From: an uncultured Muribaculaceae bacterium
GTDB lineage: Bacteria > Bacillota_I > Bacilli_A > RF39 > UBA660
Direction of reading: 5' to 3'
Assembly: GCA_964384115.1 (NCBI GenBank)
Contig: CAYLJU010000005.1
Coordinates: forward strand, 18,199 to 50,198
DNA length: 32,000 nt
Shown: positions 1 to 9,077 of the stretch, piece after piece
Numbering within the stretch: the first letter of the stretch is position 1
How the letters are laid out: each line of letters starts with the position of its first letter
Program-made: the position numbers and the translations under genes
The notes under the pieces: generated by a model
Told to the model about the DNA's origin: nothing
Seen by the model: only the letters and a program-made list of their open reading frames with translations
The model's database searches: none

Positions 1-1
1 A

Positions 2-181
2 GAAAGAATAATCAATTCAAACAATGAAGACGCTTTAGAAGTAAAATTAGCTGACTTAAAACATAATATGGATATTTCAAGAATTGAAAAACCAACAATA
101 AAAGACTTTGAACGAATCGAAAAAAGATATCGACCAAATTATATAAAAATTCAAAATAAACTAAACGAAAAGAGGAAATAA
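2..181 (+). CDS. 3' end of an upstream ORF (partial, unknown function)
   Basis: Frame 2 is open from the window edge to TAA at 179-181, one nt before the serS ATG. No recognisable motif. Confidence 0.3.
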   Translation, partial: ERIINSNNEDALEVKLADLKHNMDISRIEKPTIKDFERIEKRYRPNYIKIQNKLNEKRK

Positions 182-182
182 A

Positions 183-1421
183 ATGTTAGACATAAAATTT
201 GTAAGAGAAAATCCAGAAAAAGTAAAAGAAAATATTAAAAAAAAGTTTCAAGATAACAAACTACAATTAGTAGATGAAGTAATAGAAATAGACAAAAAAA
301 TAAGAGACTTAAAATCTAAAGGCGATGAATTAAGAAGTAATCGTAACAAAATAAGTGATGAAATAGGACTTTTATTCAAAGAAAAAAAAGTTGAAGAAGC
401 AAATAACAATAAAGAAAAAGTAAAAAAAATTAATGAAGAATTAGAAATAATTGAAAAAGAAGAAGAAAATTTAAGTGAAGAATTAAAGAAAAGAATGATG
501 GTAATACCAAACATTGTAGACGATTCAGTACCAATAGGAAAAGATGATTCTGAAAATGTTGAAATTGAAAAATTTGGTGAACCACTTGTCCCAAATTATG
601 AAATACCATATCATGCAGATATACTAGAAAGCATTAATGGTTTAGATAAAGAATCATCAGGAAGAACAAGTGGTAATGGCTTCTATTATTTAATGGGAGA
701 TGCTGCTAGATTAACAAGTGCTATGCTTTCATATGCAAGAGATTTTATGATAAATAAGAACTTTACATATTGCATACCACCATTTATGATAAGAAGCGAT
801 GTTGTAAATGGTGTTATGAGTTTTGCGGAAATGGATGCTATGATGTACAAAATAGAAGGTGAAGATCTATACTTAATAGGTACAAGTGAACACTCAATGA
901 TAGGAAAATTTAAAGGTCAAATAATAAAAGAAGAAAGTTTGCCAATAACCATGACATCTTATTCACCATGTTTCAGAAAAGAAGTAGGAGCTCACGGCAT
1001 TGAAGAAAGAGGAATATATAGAGTACATCAATTTGAAAAACAAGAAATGATAGTAATTTGTAAACCAGAAGAATCAATGGAATGGTACAATAAAATGTGG
1101 TCATACACAGTTGAATTGTTTAGAAGTTTAAATATTCCAGTAAGAACATTAGAATGCTGTACAGGAGATTTAGCAGATTTAAAAGTAAAATCATGTGATG
1201 TCGAAGCATGGAGCCCAAGACAACAAAAATATTTTGAAGTAGGATCATGCTCAACACTTGGTGACGCTCAAGCTAGAAGATTAGGAATAAGAGCAAAAGG
1301 TGAAAGTGGTAATTATTATGTTCACACATTAAATAACCTCGTAGTTTCAATATGCACTCACATACAAGAGTGGTGGAAGTCCTTGAATTTACAAGGGAAT
1401 TTAATGGTTTCAAATACATAA
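183..1421 (+). CDS. serS: serine--tRNA ligase paralog with a disrupted C-terminus (possible pseudogene)
   Basis: About four-fifths aa identity (by eye) to the downstream serS up to ...HTLNN. Homology is lost after about nt 1337. The conserved C-terminal ASPRGMIAVIEN... segment (class II motif 3 region) is replaced by unrelated sequence and an early stop. Confidence 0.75.
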   Translation: MLDIKFVRENPEKVKENIKKKFQDNKLQLVDEVIEIDKKIRDLKSKGDELRSNRNKISDEIGLLFKEKKVEEANNNKEKVKKINEELEIIEKEEENLSEELKKRMMVIPNIVDDSVPIGKDDSENVEIEKFGEPLVPNYEIPYHADILESINGLDKESSGRTSGNGFYYLMGDAARLTSAMLSYARDFMINKNFTYCIPPFMIRSDVVNGVMSFAEMDAMMYKIEGEDLYLIGTSEHSMIGKFKGQIIKEESLPITMTSYSPCFRKEVGAHGIEERGIYRVHQFEKQEMIVICKPEESMEWYNKMWSYTVELFRSLNIPVRTLECCTGDLADLKVKSCDVEAWSPRQQKYFEVGSCSTLGDAQARRLGIRAKGESGNYYVHTLNNLVVSICTHIQEWWKSLNLQGNLMVSNT

Positions 1422-1576
1422 CAAAAGATAACGGAAGAGTAAAAGTTAAGGTAGAAAACCTAAAAATAGTAGTAGCTATGTGTATCTAAGGGGCATACAC
1501 AAAACTTTTCTATAAAAAATTAATTTAATATCGGTCAAAGTTAAAAAAATATACAAATGGAAGGAATTGAAGAGAA

Positions 1577-2860
1577 ATGCTAGATATAAAATTTGTAAGA
1601 GAAAATCCTGAAAAGGTTAAAGAAAATATTAAGAAAAAATTTCAAGATGCTAAATTACCTTTAGTTGATGAAGTTATAAAATTAGATCAAAGAATTAGAG
1701 AATTAAAATTAGATGGTGATTCTTTAAGACAAGAAAGAAATACAACAAGTAATGAAATTGGTTCATTAATGAGAGAAAAGAAAATTGATGAAGCAAATGA
1801 AAAGAAACAAAGAGTAGTAGAAATTAATAGTCAATTAGTTAACATAGAAAAAGAAGAAACAGAGTTATCAGAAGAATTAAAAGAAAAAATGATGGTAATA
1901 CCAAATATTATTGATGATTCAGTTCCTATCGGAAAAGATGATAGCGAAAATGTAGAAATAGAAAGATTTGGAGAACCAGTAGTTCCAGAATATGAAATAC
2001 CATATCATGCAGATATTTGTGAAGCTTTAAATGGATTAGATAAAGATGCAGCTGGTAGAACATCTGGAAATGGATTCTATTATTTAATGGGAGATATTGC
2101 AAGACTTCATTCTGCAATGTTAAGTTATGCAAGAGATTTTATGATTGATAAAGGATTTACTTATTGTCTTCCACCATTCATGATTAGAAGTGATGTAGTG
2201 ACTGGAGTTATGTCATTTGCTGAAATGGAAAATATGATGTACAAAATAGAAGGTGAAGATTTATATCTAATTGGTACTTCAGAACATTCAATGATTGGTA
2301 AGTTTAAAGGTCAAATTGTTAAAGAAGAACAATTACCAATTGCTTTAACATCATACTCACCTTGCTTTAGAAAAGAAGTAGGTGCTCATGGTCTTGAAGA
2401 AAGAGGTTTATATAGAGTACATCAATTTGAAAAACAAGAAATGGTAGTATTGTGTAAGCCAGAAGATGCAATGGATTGGTATAACAAAATGTGGAGTTAT
2501 ACAGTAGAGTTCTTTAGAAGTTTAGATGTTCCTGTAAGAACACTTGAATGTTGTAGTGGAGATTTAGCAGATTTAAAAGTTAAATCTTGTGATGTAGAAG
2601 CATGGTCACCAAGACAACAAAAATATTTTGAAGTTGGTTCTTGTTCAACATTAGGAGATGCACAAGCAAGACGTTTAGGAATTAGAGCAAAAGGTGAAAA
2701 TGGAAATTATCTACTTTCAACACTAAACAATACAGTAATCGCAAGTCCTCGTGGGATGATCGCTGTAATTGAGAATAACGTAAACGAAGACGGAACAGTC
2801 AATATTCCTAAAGCATTACAACCTTATATGGGTGGAAAAGAAAAGATAGAATTAAAGTAG
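1577..2860 (+). CDS. serS: serine--tRNA ligase (full length)
   Basis: 427 aa. N-terminal coiled-coil arm (MLDIKFVRENPEKV...), a class II core (FRKEVGAHG, YRVHQFEKQE) and an intact C-terminus. RBS GGAAGGA lies upstream. Confidence 0.95.
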   Translation: MLDIKFVRENPEKVKENIKKKFQDAKLPLVDEVIKLDQRIRELKLDGDSLRQERNTTSNEIGSLMREKKIDEANEKKQRVVEINSQLVNIEKEETELSEELKEKMMVIPNIIDDSVPIGKDDSENVEIERFGEPVVPEYEIPYHADICEALNGLDKDAAGRTSGNGFYYLMGDIARLHSAMLSYARDFMIDKGFTYCLPPFMIRSDVVTGVMSFAEMENMMYKIEGEDLYLIGTSEHSMIGKFKGQIVKEEQLPIALTSYSPCFRKEVGAHGLEERGLYRVHQFEKQEMVVLCKPEDAMDWYNKMWSYTVEFFRSLDVPVRTLECCSGDLADLKVKSCDVEAWSPRQQKYFEVGSCSTLGDAQARRLGIRAKGENGNYLLSTLNNTVIASPRGMIAVIENNVNEDGTVNIPKALQPYMGGKEKIELK

Positions 2861-2866
2861 TTTCAT

Positions 2867-2890
2867 AGAGTCAATTTTGACTCTTTTTTT
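2867..2890 (+). terminator. rho-independent terminator after serS
   Basis: Perfect 7-bp stem agagtca/tgactct with loop attt, followed by a T6 run. Confidence 0.8.
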
Positions 2891-2919
2891 ATGGCGTAAA
2901 AAAGAAAGGATGATGTATA

Positions 2920-3708
2920 ATGGCAGTATTTAAAGTAGAAAAAACAAAAAATTACACGGTTATGAGCAACTTTCATTTACAAGATAAAAGACTTAGTTTA
3001 AAAGCTAAAGGATTGTTGTCTTATATGTTATCTTTGCCTGAAACTTGGGATTATTCATTAAGTGGATTATGTGCGATTTGTAAAGAAGGTAAAAAAGCAA
3101 TAAGAAATATTTTATCAGAATTAAAAGAATATGGATATTTAGAAGTTAGACAATATAGAGAAAAAAATGGATATTATAAGTATGAATATATTATAAGAGA
3201 AATACCATTAGAAATAGAAAAATCAAAAGATAATAATCCAGGTATCCCAAAAGGGTATGCCGTTGAAGGAGATACCGAAAAGGGCACAGAAAAAAATAAA
3301 TATACATTCCAAGACAAAGAAGAAATAGTTAAAGGTGTTAAAGCAAATAATACACCTTTTTTTGATGAAAAAGAATTAAATCCATTAACACTTGAATTAA
3401 TAAATAGAGAATATATTGATGAAAATGATGTTCAAATTTATTATTATGATAAATTATTTCGTGAACTTCTCCAAAGTGGACGATCCTATAAAGATTTAAT
3501 AACGATGACTCATTATATTGTATCAAGTGTTGTAGGTAGAAATTTTGTAGATGAAGATGGTAATAAAGTCACAAATAAGTATGGATTTTTTAAAGGTGCT
3601 ATCAATAACTGTATTAATAAATTAGAAGCTAATGAGTTAGAAATTGATGAAGAAACAGGATGGTTTAAAGAAGAAGTAGAAGATGATTACGAATATGAGT
3701 ATTTTTAG
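2920..3708 (+). CDS. winged-helix replication-initiator/DnaD-like protein of mobile elements
   Basis: The N-terminus (F..V.K...Y..M.N..LQDKRLSLKAKGLLSYMLSLPETWDYSLSGL....KEGKKAIRNILSELKEYGYL) matches the common phage/plasmid/ICE wHTH replication-protein pattern. Confidence 0.6.
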   Translation: MAVFKVEKTKNYTVMSNFHLQDKRLSLKAKGLLSYMLSLPETWDYSLSGLCAICKEGKKAIRNILSELKEYGYLEVRQYREKNGYYKYEYIIREIPLEIEKSKDNNPGIPKGYAVEGDTEKGTEKNKYTFQDKEEIVKGVKANNTPFFDEKELNPLTLELINREYIDENDVQIYYYDKLFRELLQSGRSYKDLITMTHYIVSSVVGRNFVDEDGNKVTNKYGFFKGAINNCINKLEANELEIDEETGWFKEEVEDDYEYEYF

Positions 3709-3725
3709 CAAAATAAAAAAATATG

Positions 3726-4121
3726 TTATTTCATATTTTTTAAAAGACTATGTAATATTTCTAAACGTTCACTATTAGTGTTTAGAATAATGCTATGTAA
3801 TACTTCTAAATCCTTACCATTATACGATTCTACTTTATTGGTAATGTCAATTATTAATTTTGTTCTTTTGAGTTCTTCTTCACTTGCATTTGATTGATAT
3901 TTTTCAATCAATATCTGCAAGTCAACTGTTTTCATATCTAACCCTTTAGCTATAAGACTTAGATAAGTTAATGAAATACCAACCGAACCATATTTCCTAT
4001 TAATAATTTTACTTATATAAGATTTACTGATTTCACTTTTTCGTGCAAATTCAACTGGCATTAGATGATGGTCATCACAATAATCTAATATTATTTGCCT
4101 TATTGCCTCTTCTTTAGTCAT
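3726..4121 (-). CDS. XRE/Cro-CI-type HTH transcriptional regulator (candidate island repressor)
   Basis: HTH segment EFARKSEISKSYISKIINRK. It is divergently oriented from the + strand operon and sits next to an inverted-repeat operator. Confidence 0.7.
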   Translation of the reverse strand: MTKEEAIRQIILDYCDDHHLMPVEFARKSEISKSYISKIINRKYGSVGISLTYLSLIAKGLDMKTVDLQILIEKYQSNASEEELKRTKLIIDITNKVESYNGKDLEVLHSIILNTNSERLEILHSLLKNMK

Positions 4122-4178
4122 TTAAAATCTCCTCTCGTAAAATACTTCAATAATATTGTACTATTTTTTTGAAAAAAA

Positions 4179-4226
4179 GTCCACCATCGTGAACAATTTT
4201 AAATCGTTTAGTTCACGGTAGTGGAC
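4179..4226. promoter_or_regulatory. imperfect 16-bp inverted repeat (candidate operator)
   Basis: GTCCACCATCGTGAAC (4179-4194), a 16-nt spacer, then GTTCACGGTAGTGGAC (4211-4226). 14/16 positions are complementary. It lies in the divergent intergenic region next to the HTH gene. Confidence 0.6.
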
Positions 4227-4547
4227 AATTTGAAATAAATTTGATATTATATTTAGTATATAACGCCAGTTATATTTTATTAGCAGTTTGGAGGTAGTAA
4301 AGTATGATAGATAAGATTAGGGTGATGTTTTCATCCTGACGATTCTAGGAGAGGCAGGTGAAATTTTGAATAAAAGGCAGTCTTCAGAACAAGGGTGTAG
4401 TAAAAAAATACTTATAAAGACAGATGAAAACGGTTTGCAATTATCTACCCAGTTGGATATAGAATCAACGATTCGCATTTTAGAAGTATGTCTGAGAAAT
4501 ATGAAGGAGAAGACATCACAAAATGTAGTACCAATTGGAAAGGAAAA

Positions 4548-4874
4548 ATGATAAAAATGTTCAAAGAAGAAAGAAATGAAGTAAGTGCAGTAAAAGAAGT
4601 AGAAGTAGTTTTAGCAGTATTTAGGGAATATCTTGATAAAAAAGAAGATATGCCTTATGAAGTAATGAAGTGTGTTGTACAAAAATTATATGATATTGAA
4701 AAAGATTACGATGCGGCTGTAAAAGATAATTCAGCATCTAATTCTTTGATAATAAAATTAGAAAGACTATATGAAGTAATTGGTACTATCGGTACTATTT
4801 CAATTGAAGACGAAGATAAATTAGATAAAACATTGAATATTCTAGGTGATTATGTTAAGTCAATAAAAGATTGA
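4548..4874 (+). CDS. hypothetical protein
   Basis: The ORF track starts at 4488, but the in-frame ATG at 4548 follows RBS GGAAAGGA. No recognisable domain. Confidence 0.5.
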   Translation: MIKMFKEERNEVSAVKEVEVVLAVFREYLDKKEDMPYEVMKCVVQKLYDIEKDYDAAVKDNSASNSLIIKLERLYEVIGTIGTISIEDEDKLDKTLNILGDYVKSIKD

Positions 4875-4990
4875 AAATAGTATCGGCTGTATAGATTTTC
4901 TATACAGCAATTTATTTGAAATAAAAAAATTATGGGTGTGGGTATTGACTTTTATAAAAATAAAGGTTATTATTTTAGTATAAGAGTTTA

Positions 4991-5003
4991 CTATCGTGAA
5001 CTA
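4991..5003 (+). promoter_or_regulatory. CTATCGTGAACTA box (copy 1), shares its core with the 4179-4226 operator
   Basis: An exact 13-mer is repeated at 5137-5149. Its core ATCGTGAAC is also the half-site of the inverted repeat at 4186-4194. Confidence 0.5.
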
Positions 5004-5065
5004 CTTAATATAATACGGAGGTGATTTATTATAGCTCGGAAATATTAATGTTTTAAGCAGTATTT

Positions 5066-5098
5066 AAGTAGTAGTAGTAAAATTAGGCAGTATAAAAT
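5066..5098 (+). promoter_or_regulatory. AAGTAGTAGTAGTAA...TTAGGCAGTATAAAAT motif (promoter-like), copy 1
   Basis: A 15-mer identical to 10409-10423, followed by TTAG(G)CAGTA and a -10-like TATAAAAT. It is intergenic, upstream of the 5172-7261 gene string. Confidence 0.45.
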
Positions 5099-5136
5099 GT
5101 AGTAAATATATTTTATTTTTTTAAAGTTGTAGTTTC

Positions 5137-5149
5137 CTATCGTGAACTA
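5137..5149 (+). promoter_or_regulatory. CTATCGTGAACTA box (copy 2)
   Basis: Exact repeat of 4991-5003, located 23 nt upstream of the GTG start at 5172. Confidence 0.5.
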
Positions 5150-5171
5150 TAAAACAAAAAAGTAAAGTGAG

Positions 5172-5360
5172 GTGGTAGTGATTTTTAAAGAAAAAGAAAG
5201 ATACCGTATATATAATACATTATCTGAAAATCACGGCTATTTTTTGACTATCATTAAAATAAAAAACAATATTGTTTATTATTTCTTTGATGGTGATGAT
5301 GAAGTACATTGGTTTGATGTTAGAAGTAATTTTGCAGTAGATTTAATAAAGGTAGTATAA
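5172..5360 (+). CDS. small hypothetical protein
   Basis: GTG start preceded by GAGGTGG. 62 aa with no motif. Confidence 0.4.
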   Translation: MVVIFKEKERYRIYNTLSENHGYFLTIIKIKNNIVYYFFDGDDEVHWFDVRSNFAVDLIKVV

Positions 5361-5399
5361 GACGTTAGATTCATCAGTTTTATGAGAGGAGCAACTATT

Positions 5400-5666
5400 A
5401 TGAATTTTTCTGATGAAAGGATTGTAATTCCTGAATGGATATTGCATCATCTAAGAAAATATGGTAATTGTTGCTGTGGAAGAGAAATAGTCAAAAAAAT
5501 AGGAAGGGATGAAATTTTACAGCTACTAAGGCAACTTGGTTTTCCTTGTATATTACGTATAGTTTATGATAATAAATTTTACAGACCAAAAAGGAAAGTA
5601 AAATATCCTCTTAATGCCTGTTATATTTTAGAAATTGAATGTGTAGTAAATAGTTATTTTATATGA
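5400..5666 (+). CDS. hypothetical Cys-rich protein, candidate antitoxin partner of MazF
   Basis: ATG at 5400 lies 8 nt after AGAGGAG (the track start at 5382 is less likely). Its stop overlaps the toxin start (ATGA). No MazE/AbrB-like sequence was recognised. Confidence 0.5.
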   Translation: MNFSDERIVIPEWILHHLRKYGNCCCGREIVKKIGRDEILQLLRQLGFPCILRIVYDNKFYRPKRKVKYPLNACYILEIECVVNSYFI

Positions 5667-6013
5667 GAAATTTTAAAAGAGGAAACGTATTTTTAGTTGA
5701 TTTAAAAGATGCGTATTCTCATGTTCAGTCAGGAAGACGACCTTGTTTGATTATTCAAAATAATTTAGGAAACACTTTTTCACCCAATTTAATTGTTGTG
5801 CCTTTAACTTCAAGAATAAAAAAACAAAATATGTCCGTTCATGTTATGACTGATGTTAATGAAATGGCATTATGTGAATGTATTTTAACTATTTCTAAAA
5901 AGCAAATCATTTATTATATTAAAACTTTAGATGAAAAAACTATGAAACTAATAGACAGAGCTTTATCCATATCGTTAGAAATTGAAAAGGAGGAAGAATT
6001 ATTAAAAAGTTAA
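5663..6013 (+). CDS. mazF: PemK/MazF-family type II toxin (endoribonuclease)
   Basis: RGNVFLVDL....HVQSGRRPCLIIQNNLGNTFSPNLIVVPLTSR matches the MazF/PemK signature (G.RP.l.lQnd.gN..sp.vIv.PiTs). Confidence 0.85.
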   Translation: MRNFKRGNVFLVDLKDAYSHVQSGRRPCLIIQNNLGNTFSPNLIVVPLTSRIKKQNMSVHVMTDVNEMALCECILTISKKQIIYYIKTLDEKTMKLIDRALSISLEIEKEEELLKS

Positions 6014-6018
6014 AGCAG

Positions 6019-6582
6019 ATGTATGAAGATTTGTGTAGTGGAAGTTCTGAGAATTATTGGCGTAGTGAAGGTAATAATAAGAGAATGAGAAGTTATCACA
6101 AATTATCTAAAATATTAAAAATAACCAAAAATATTTTACTTATAGGGTTAGCGATATATTGTGTTATTTTAGCAACAAATAGTATATTTTGTTTGTATGA
6201 TAAATTTATTTGTTGTAATACTGAAATTAGTATATTAAGTTTTATAGATTTTAGAAATTTTATTTTAGATATTTATATAGCAACTTTTATTATAGCTTTA
6301 TTTGTAGTTCTTTATTTCAGTAGAAAACAAAAGTATTCAATAAAACAAGTTATAAATGTTATTGTGAATAGTTTGTTATTTCTACCTGTTAGTAGTTTGT
6401 TAGTTTATAACTTTGTAGTATTAGAAAGTCTTATGAGTAGTTTTTATTTATTAGTAGTATTTGTAGTAGTGAATTTAATAATTAATCAATTAACTAATAG
6501 AATTGATAAATTATATGATGTAGCAGTAGGAAATATTGAAATGAATAGAAAAGGAGATAAGAAAGTATGCAAGGGAAAGTAA
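6019..6582 (+). CDS. membrane protein, unknown function
   Basis: Several long hydrophobic segments ([60 protein letters not shown]). Confidence 0.55.
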   Translation: MYEDLCSGSSENYWRSEGNNKRMRSYHKLSKILKITKNILLIGLAIYCVILATNSIFCLYDKFICCNTEISILSFIDFRNFILDIYIATFIIALFVVLYFSRKQKYSIKQVINVIVNSLLFLPVSSLLVYNFVVLESLMSSFYLLVVFVVVNLIINQLTNRIDKLYDVAVGNIEMNRKGDKKVCKGK

Positions 6583-6800
6583 AATGGTTTAGTAGTGAGA
6601 AAGGATATGGATTTATATCTTGTGAAGGAGTATCAAATGATATTTATGTTCATTTTTCAGATATTCAAATGAGAGGTTTTAAATCATTAGAACAAAACGA
6701 TTTAGTTGAATTTGATTATGATGAAGAAATGCAAAAAGCAGTTAATGTAAGAAAAATAAATAATTCACTTGATTCAGATAATAATGTTGATAGTGAATAA
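6567..6800 (+). CDS. cold-shock domain protein (CspA family) with an acidic C-terminal tail
   Basis: [15 protein letters not shown] (RNP1-like) and VHFSDI (RNP2-like). The start overlaps the previous ORF by 16 nt. Confidence 0.85.
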   Translation: MQGKVKWFSSEKGYGFISCEGVSNDIYVHFSDIQMRGFKSLEQNDLVEFDYDEEMQKAVNVRKINNSLDSDNNVDSE

Positions 6801-6805
6801 CTAGA

Positions 6806-7261
6806 ATGACATTAGATAATACAGTATTAGAAGTAGATGTAGATAAAACAATAAAAAATGGTAAAAAAATTTATGAACAATATCAACCACTTGTTGAAAA
6901 AAGAATAAAACAGTTAAAGAAAAGTCAAATAAATTCTGCTAGTTTTATAGTTTTCTCAGGTGATAAAAATAGTAGAAATTCTAATGAAAAAAAGTTGATA
7001 GATGCACTTGCTTGGAATGATGATCAAATTGGTAGTTTTATAAAATTTGTATTAAATTTACAAAAAAGAGAAAAAGTAATTGGTGGTATTTTAAAGTGGA
7101 AATGTTTTTATGGGATGACTGATAAAGAAATTTCTGCTAAAATGAATATACCAGAAAGAACTATAAGATATAATAAATCTAAAGCATTTTATCAATTAGC
7201 TGTTTATTCAAATCAAGTTGAATTTATATATGAAAAAACTTATTATTTCTGTCTTGATTAA
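6806..7261 (+). CDS. sigma-70 region-4-like HTH protein (element-encoded sigma/transcription factor)
   Basis: C-terminal MTDKEISAKMNIPERTIRYNKSKAFYQLA resembles sigma region 4.2. Its size and context resemble the small sigma-like factors of ICEs and phages. Confidence 0.55.
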   Translation: MTLDNTVLEVDVDKTIKNGKKIYEQYQPLVEKRIKQLKKSQINSASFIVFSGDKNSRNSNEKKLIDALAWNDDQIGSFIKFVLNLQKREKVIGGILKWKCFYGMTDKEISAKMNIPERTIRYNKSKAFYQLAVYSNQVEFIYEKTYYFCLD

Positions 7262-7326
7262 ATAGAATTATTAGAAAATGTGGCATATTTAAGCCACATT
7301 GGATACATAGAAGTTGGAGGAGTATT

Positions 7327-8373
7327 ATGAAAAAGAAAATAGTATTAATAATTATAATTGTATTTATTGTATTCTTAGTAGGATTATATTTTCTAATATT
7401 TAAGAATACCGATAAAATTGTTTTAAATAAAGATGAGTTTGTTTTTGAACTCGGTGAAGATATTAGTGCAGATGTATCTTACTATCTAAAAGATGCTGAT
7501 TCTACTAAGAATATAAAAAGTTATAAGTTATCATCAGAAACATTAAAAATAGAAGGAAATAAATTTATTTTAGAAAATACTAATTATATTGAATTAGGTG
7601 AGTATAAAATAAATATTACATATAAAAAAATAAACAAAGAATTTTTTATAAAAGTTATTGATACTACTTCTCCAGAGTTTGAAGATTTTAAAGAAGTAAT
7701 TGAATTGGAAGAAACAACAGAAAATGTTGATTTAAAAAATTATTTTAAAGTTAAAGATCTAACAGAAACAAAAATTCAAATAGAAGGTGAGTATGATTTA
7801 ACAATACCAGGTGAATATAAAATAAATGTGATAGCTGTTGATTCAAGTAATAATGAAATTACAAAAGAATCAATAATTAAAGTGAAAGAAAAACCTGAGG
7901 AAACTTCTAAAGCAAATGATACAACAATAAACAAAACAGGAACACCAAAAGAAGAATCAAAATCATCTAATAGTACCCATTCTTCTAACAATACAACAAC
8001 AAACAAAACAGAAACTCCAGTTGTTGCATCACCAAGATATAGGAAAGATATTTCTGATGTTTATGTAGCGCAAGTGAACGCATATAGAAAAGCAAATGGT
8101 TTATCAGAATTACCAGTCACAACTGAAGCTCAAAATGAAGCTGATAGGAGAGCAAAAGAAATATCAACTTATTATTCTCATGATGGTGCAGGATATGGAT
8201 TTGGAGAAAATATAGGTGAGGGTTCAGTTGGAGTAGATTTTTTCACAGCATGGAAGAATAGCCCATCACATAATGCAGCAATGTTAAGAGAACAAAACAC
8301 AGCTATTGCTGCTAGTGTTTATGAAGTAAATAATCATTGGTATGCAGTAATATCTTTTAGAATGAATTATTAA
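7327..8373 (+). CDS. membrane-anchored/secreted CAP (SCP/PR-1, YkwD-like) domain protein
   Basis: N-terminal hydrophobic anchor, Ig-like repeats, a T/S/N-rich linker and a C-terminal CAP domain (NAYRKANGL..L, YSHDG, GENIG, WKNSPSHNAAML). Confidence 0.8.
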   Translation: MKKKIVLIIIIVFIVFLVGLYFLIFKNTDKIVLNKDEFVFELGEDISADVSYYLKDADSTKNIKSYKLSSETLKIEGNKFILENTNYIELGEYKINITYKKINKEFFIKVIDTTSPEFEDFKEVIELEETTENVDLKNYFKVKDLTETKIQIEGEYDLTIPGEYKINVIAVDSSNNEITKESIIKVKEKPEETSKANDTTINKTGTPKEESKSSNSTHSSNNTTTNKTETPVVASPRYRKDISDVYVAQVNAYRKANGLSELPVTTEAQNEADRRAKEISTYYSHDGAGYGFGENIGEGSVGVDFFTAWKNSPSHNAAMLREQNTAIAASVYEVNNHWYAVISFRMNY

Positions 8374-8413
8374 TTTATATGATATAATATTATTGTGCTA
8401 ACAGGAGGAAATC

Positions 8414-9067
8414 ATGATGGAAGAATTAATATTAAGACGATTAAAAATAACTAAAGAAGACTTAAATGAAAAGTATAAATTAATACAATATGATGAGTAC
8501 GTTGAGTTAATAAAAAAAATTTACAACAATATTTTAAATTTAGAAGTATTAGAAGAGTTGTTTAATAATGAATTAAATCTTAATTGTACAACAAATAATG
8601 AGTCAAATAAAATAGTTTTAATTCCTTCTAAATTACTTTTGATAATTGAAGGACAACAAGCTATTGATATAATAGAAAATTTTATAATTTACAATTATGA
8701 AGACAATAAACCTTTGTTTACTTGGGAAATTAAAAAGAGTTTATTATATGATGAAAAGCAAGAACAAATATTAGAAGAATTATATGAAACTAAAAATATA
8801 GAAGAGGTAAAAGAACCGTTTATAAAGCAAAACTATTTTATGTATAATGATGAAATTTATTTTCTATCTTCAGTTAGTTTATCTGCTTCAAATTTTGGAG
8901 AAAAGTATGAAATTATGATGTTTAAAAATAATATTAAACTAGCTAGTGATGAAATTGTTTATGAAGAACGTTTTTCATCTAAAGAAGAGTTATTAACCAC
9001 TTATAATGAGTTATTAAATAAGATAGTTAAGCAACCAGAAATTCTAAAAGATTATGTTGAACAGTAA
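8414..9067 (+). CDS. hypothetical protein
   Basis: 217-aa ORF with RBS AGGAGGA upstream. No motif recognised. Confidence 0.55.
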   Translation: MMEELILRRLKITKEDLNEKYKLIQYDEYVELIKKIYNNILNLEVLEELFNNELNLNCTTNNESNKIVLIPSKLLLIIEGQQAIDIIENFIIYNYEDNKPLFTWEIKKSLLYDEKQEQILEELYETKNIEEVKEPFIKQNYFMYNDEIYFLSSVSLSASNFGEKYEIMMFKNNIKLASDEIVYEERFSSKEELLTTYNELLNKIVKQPEILKDYVEQ

Positions 9068-9077
9068 AAAAAGATGA

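Noticed and set aside
1338-1576. A possible T-box leader or riboswitch for the second serS, suggested by agagtggtggaagtcc.
   Set aside because: The GGUGG-like string lies about 210 nt upstream of the start rather than next to a terminator/antiterminator. It does not match the conserved T-box sequence. I found no specifier-loop/stem I architecture. The only hairpin (1479-1501) is a weak A/T stem.
248-2132. Minus-strand ORFs inside both serS copies (248-514 and 1926-2132).
   Set aside because: They are antisense shadows of a strongly conserved housekeeping gene.
4366-4551. A 61-aa ORF upstream of, and overlapping, 4488-4874.
   Set aside because: It has a non-ATG start and no motif, and it overlaps the next ORF in another frame. 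I cannot support it from sequence alone, although a short leader peptide is not excluded.
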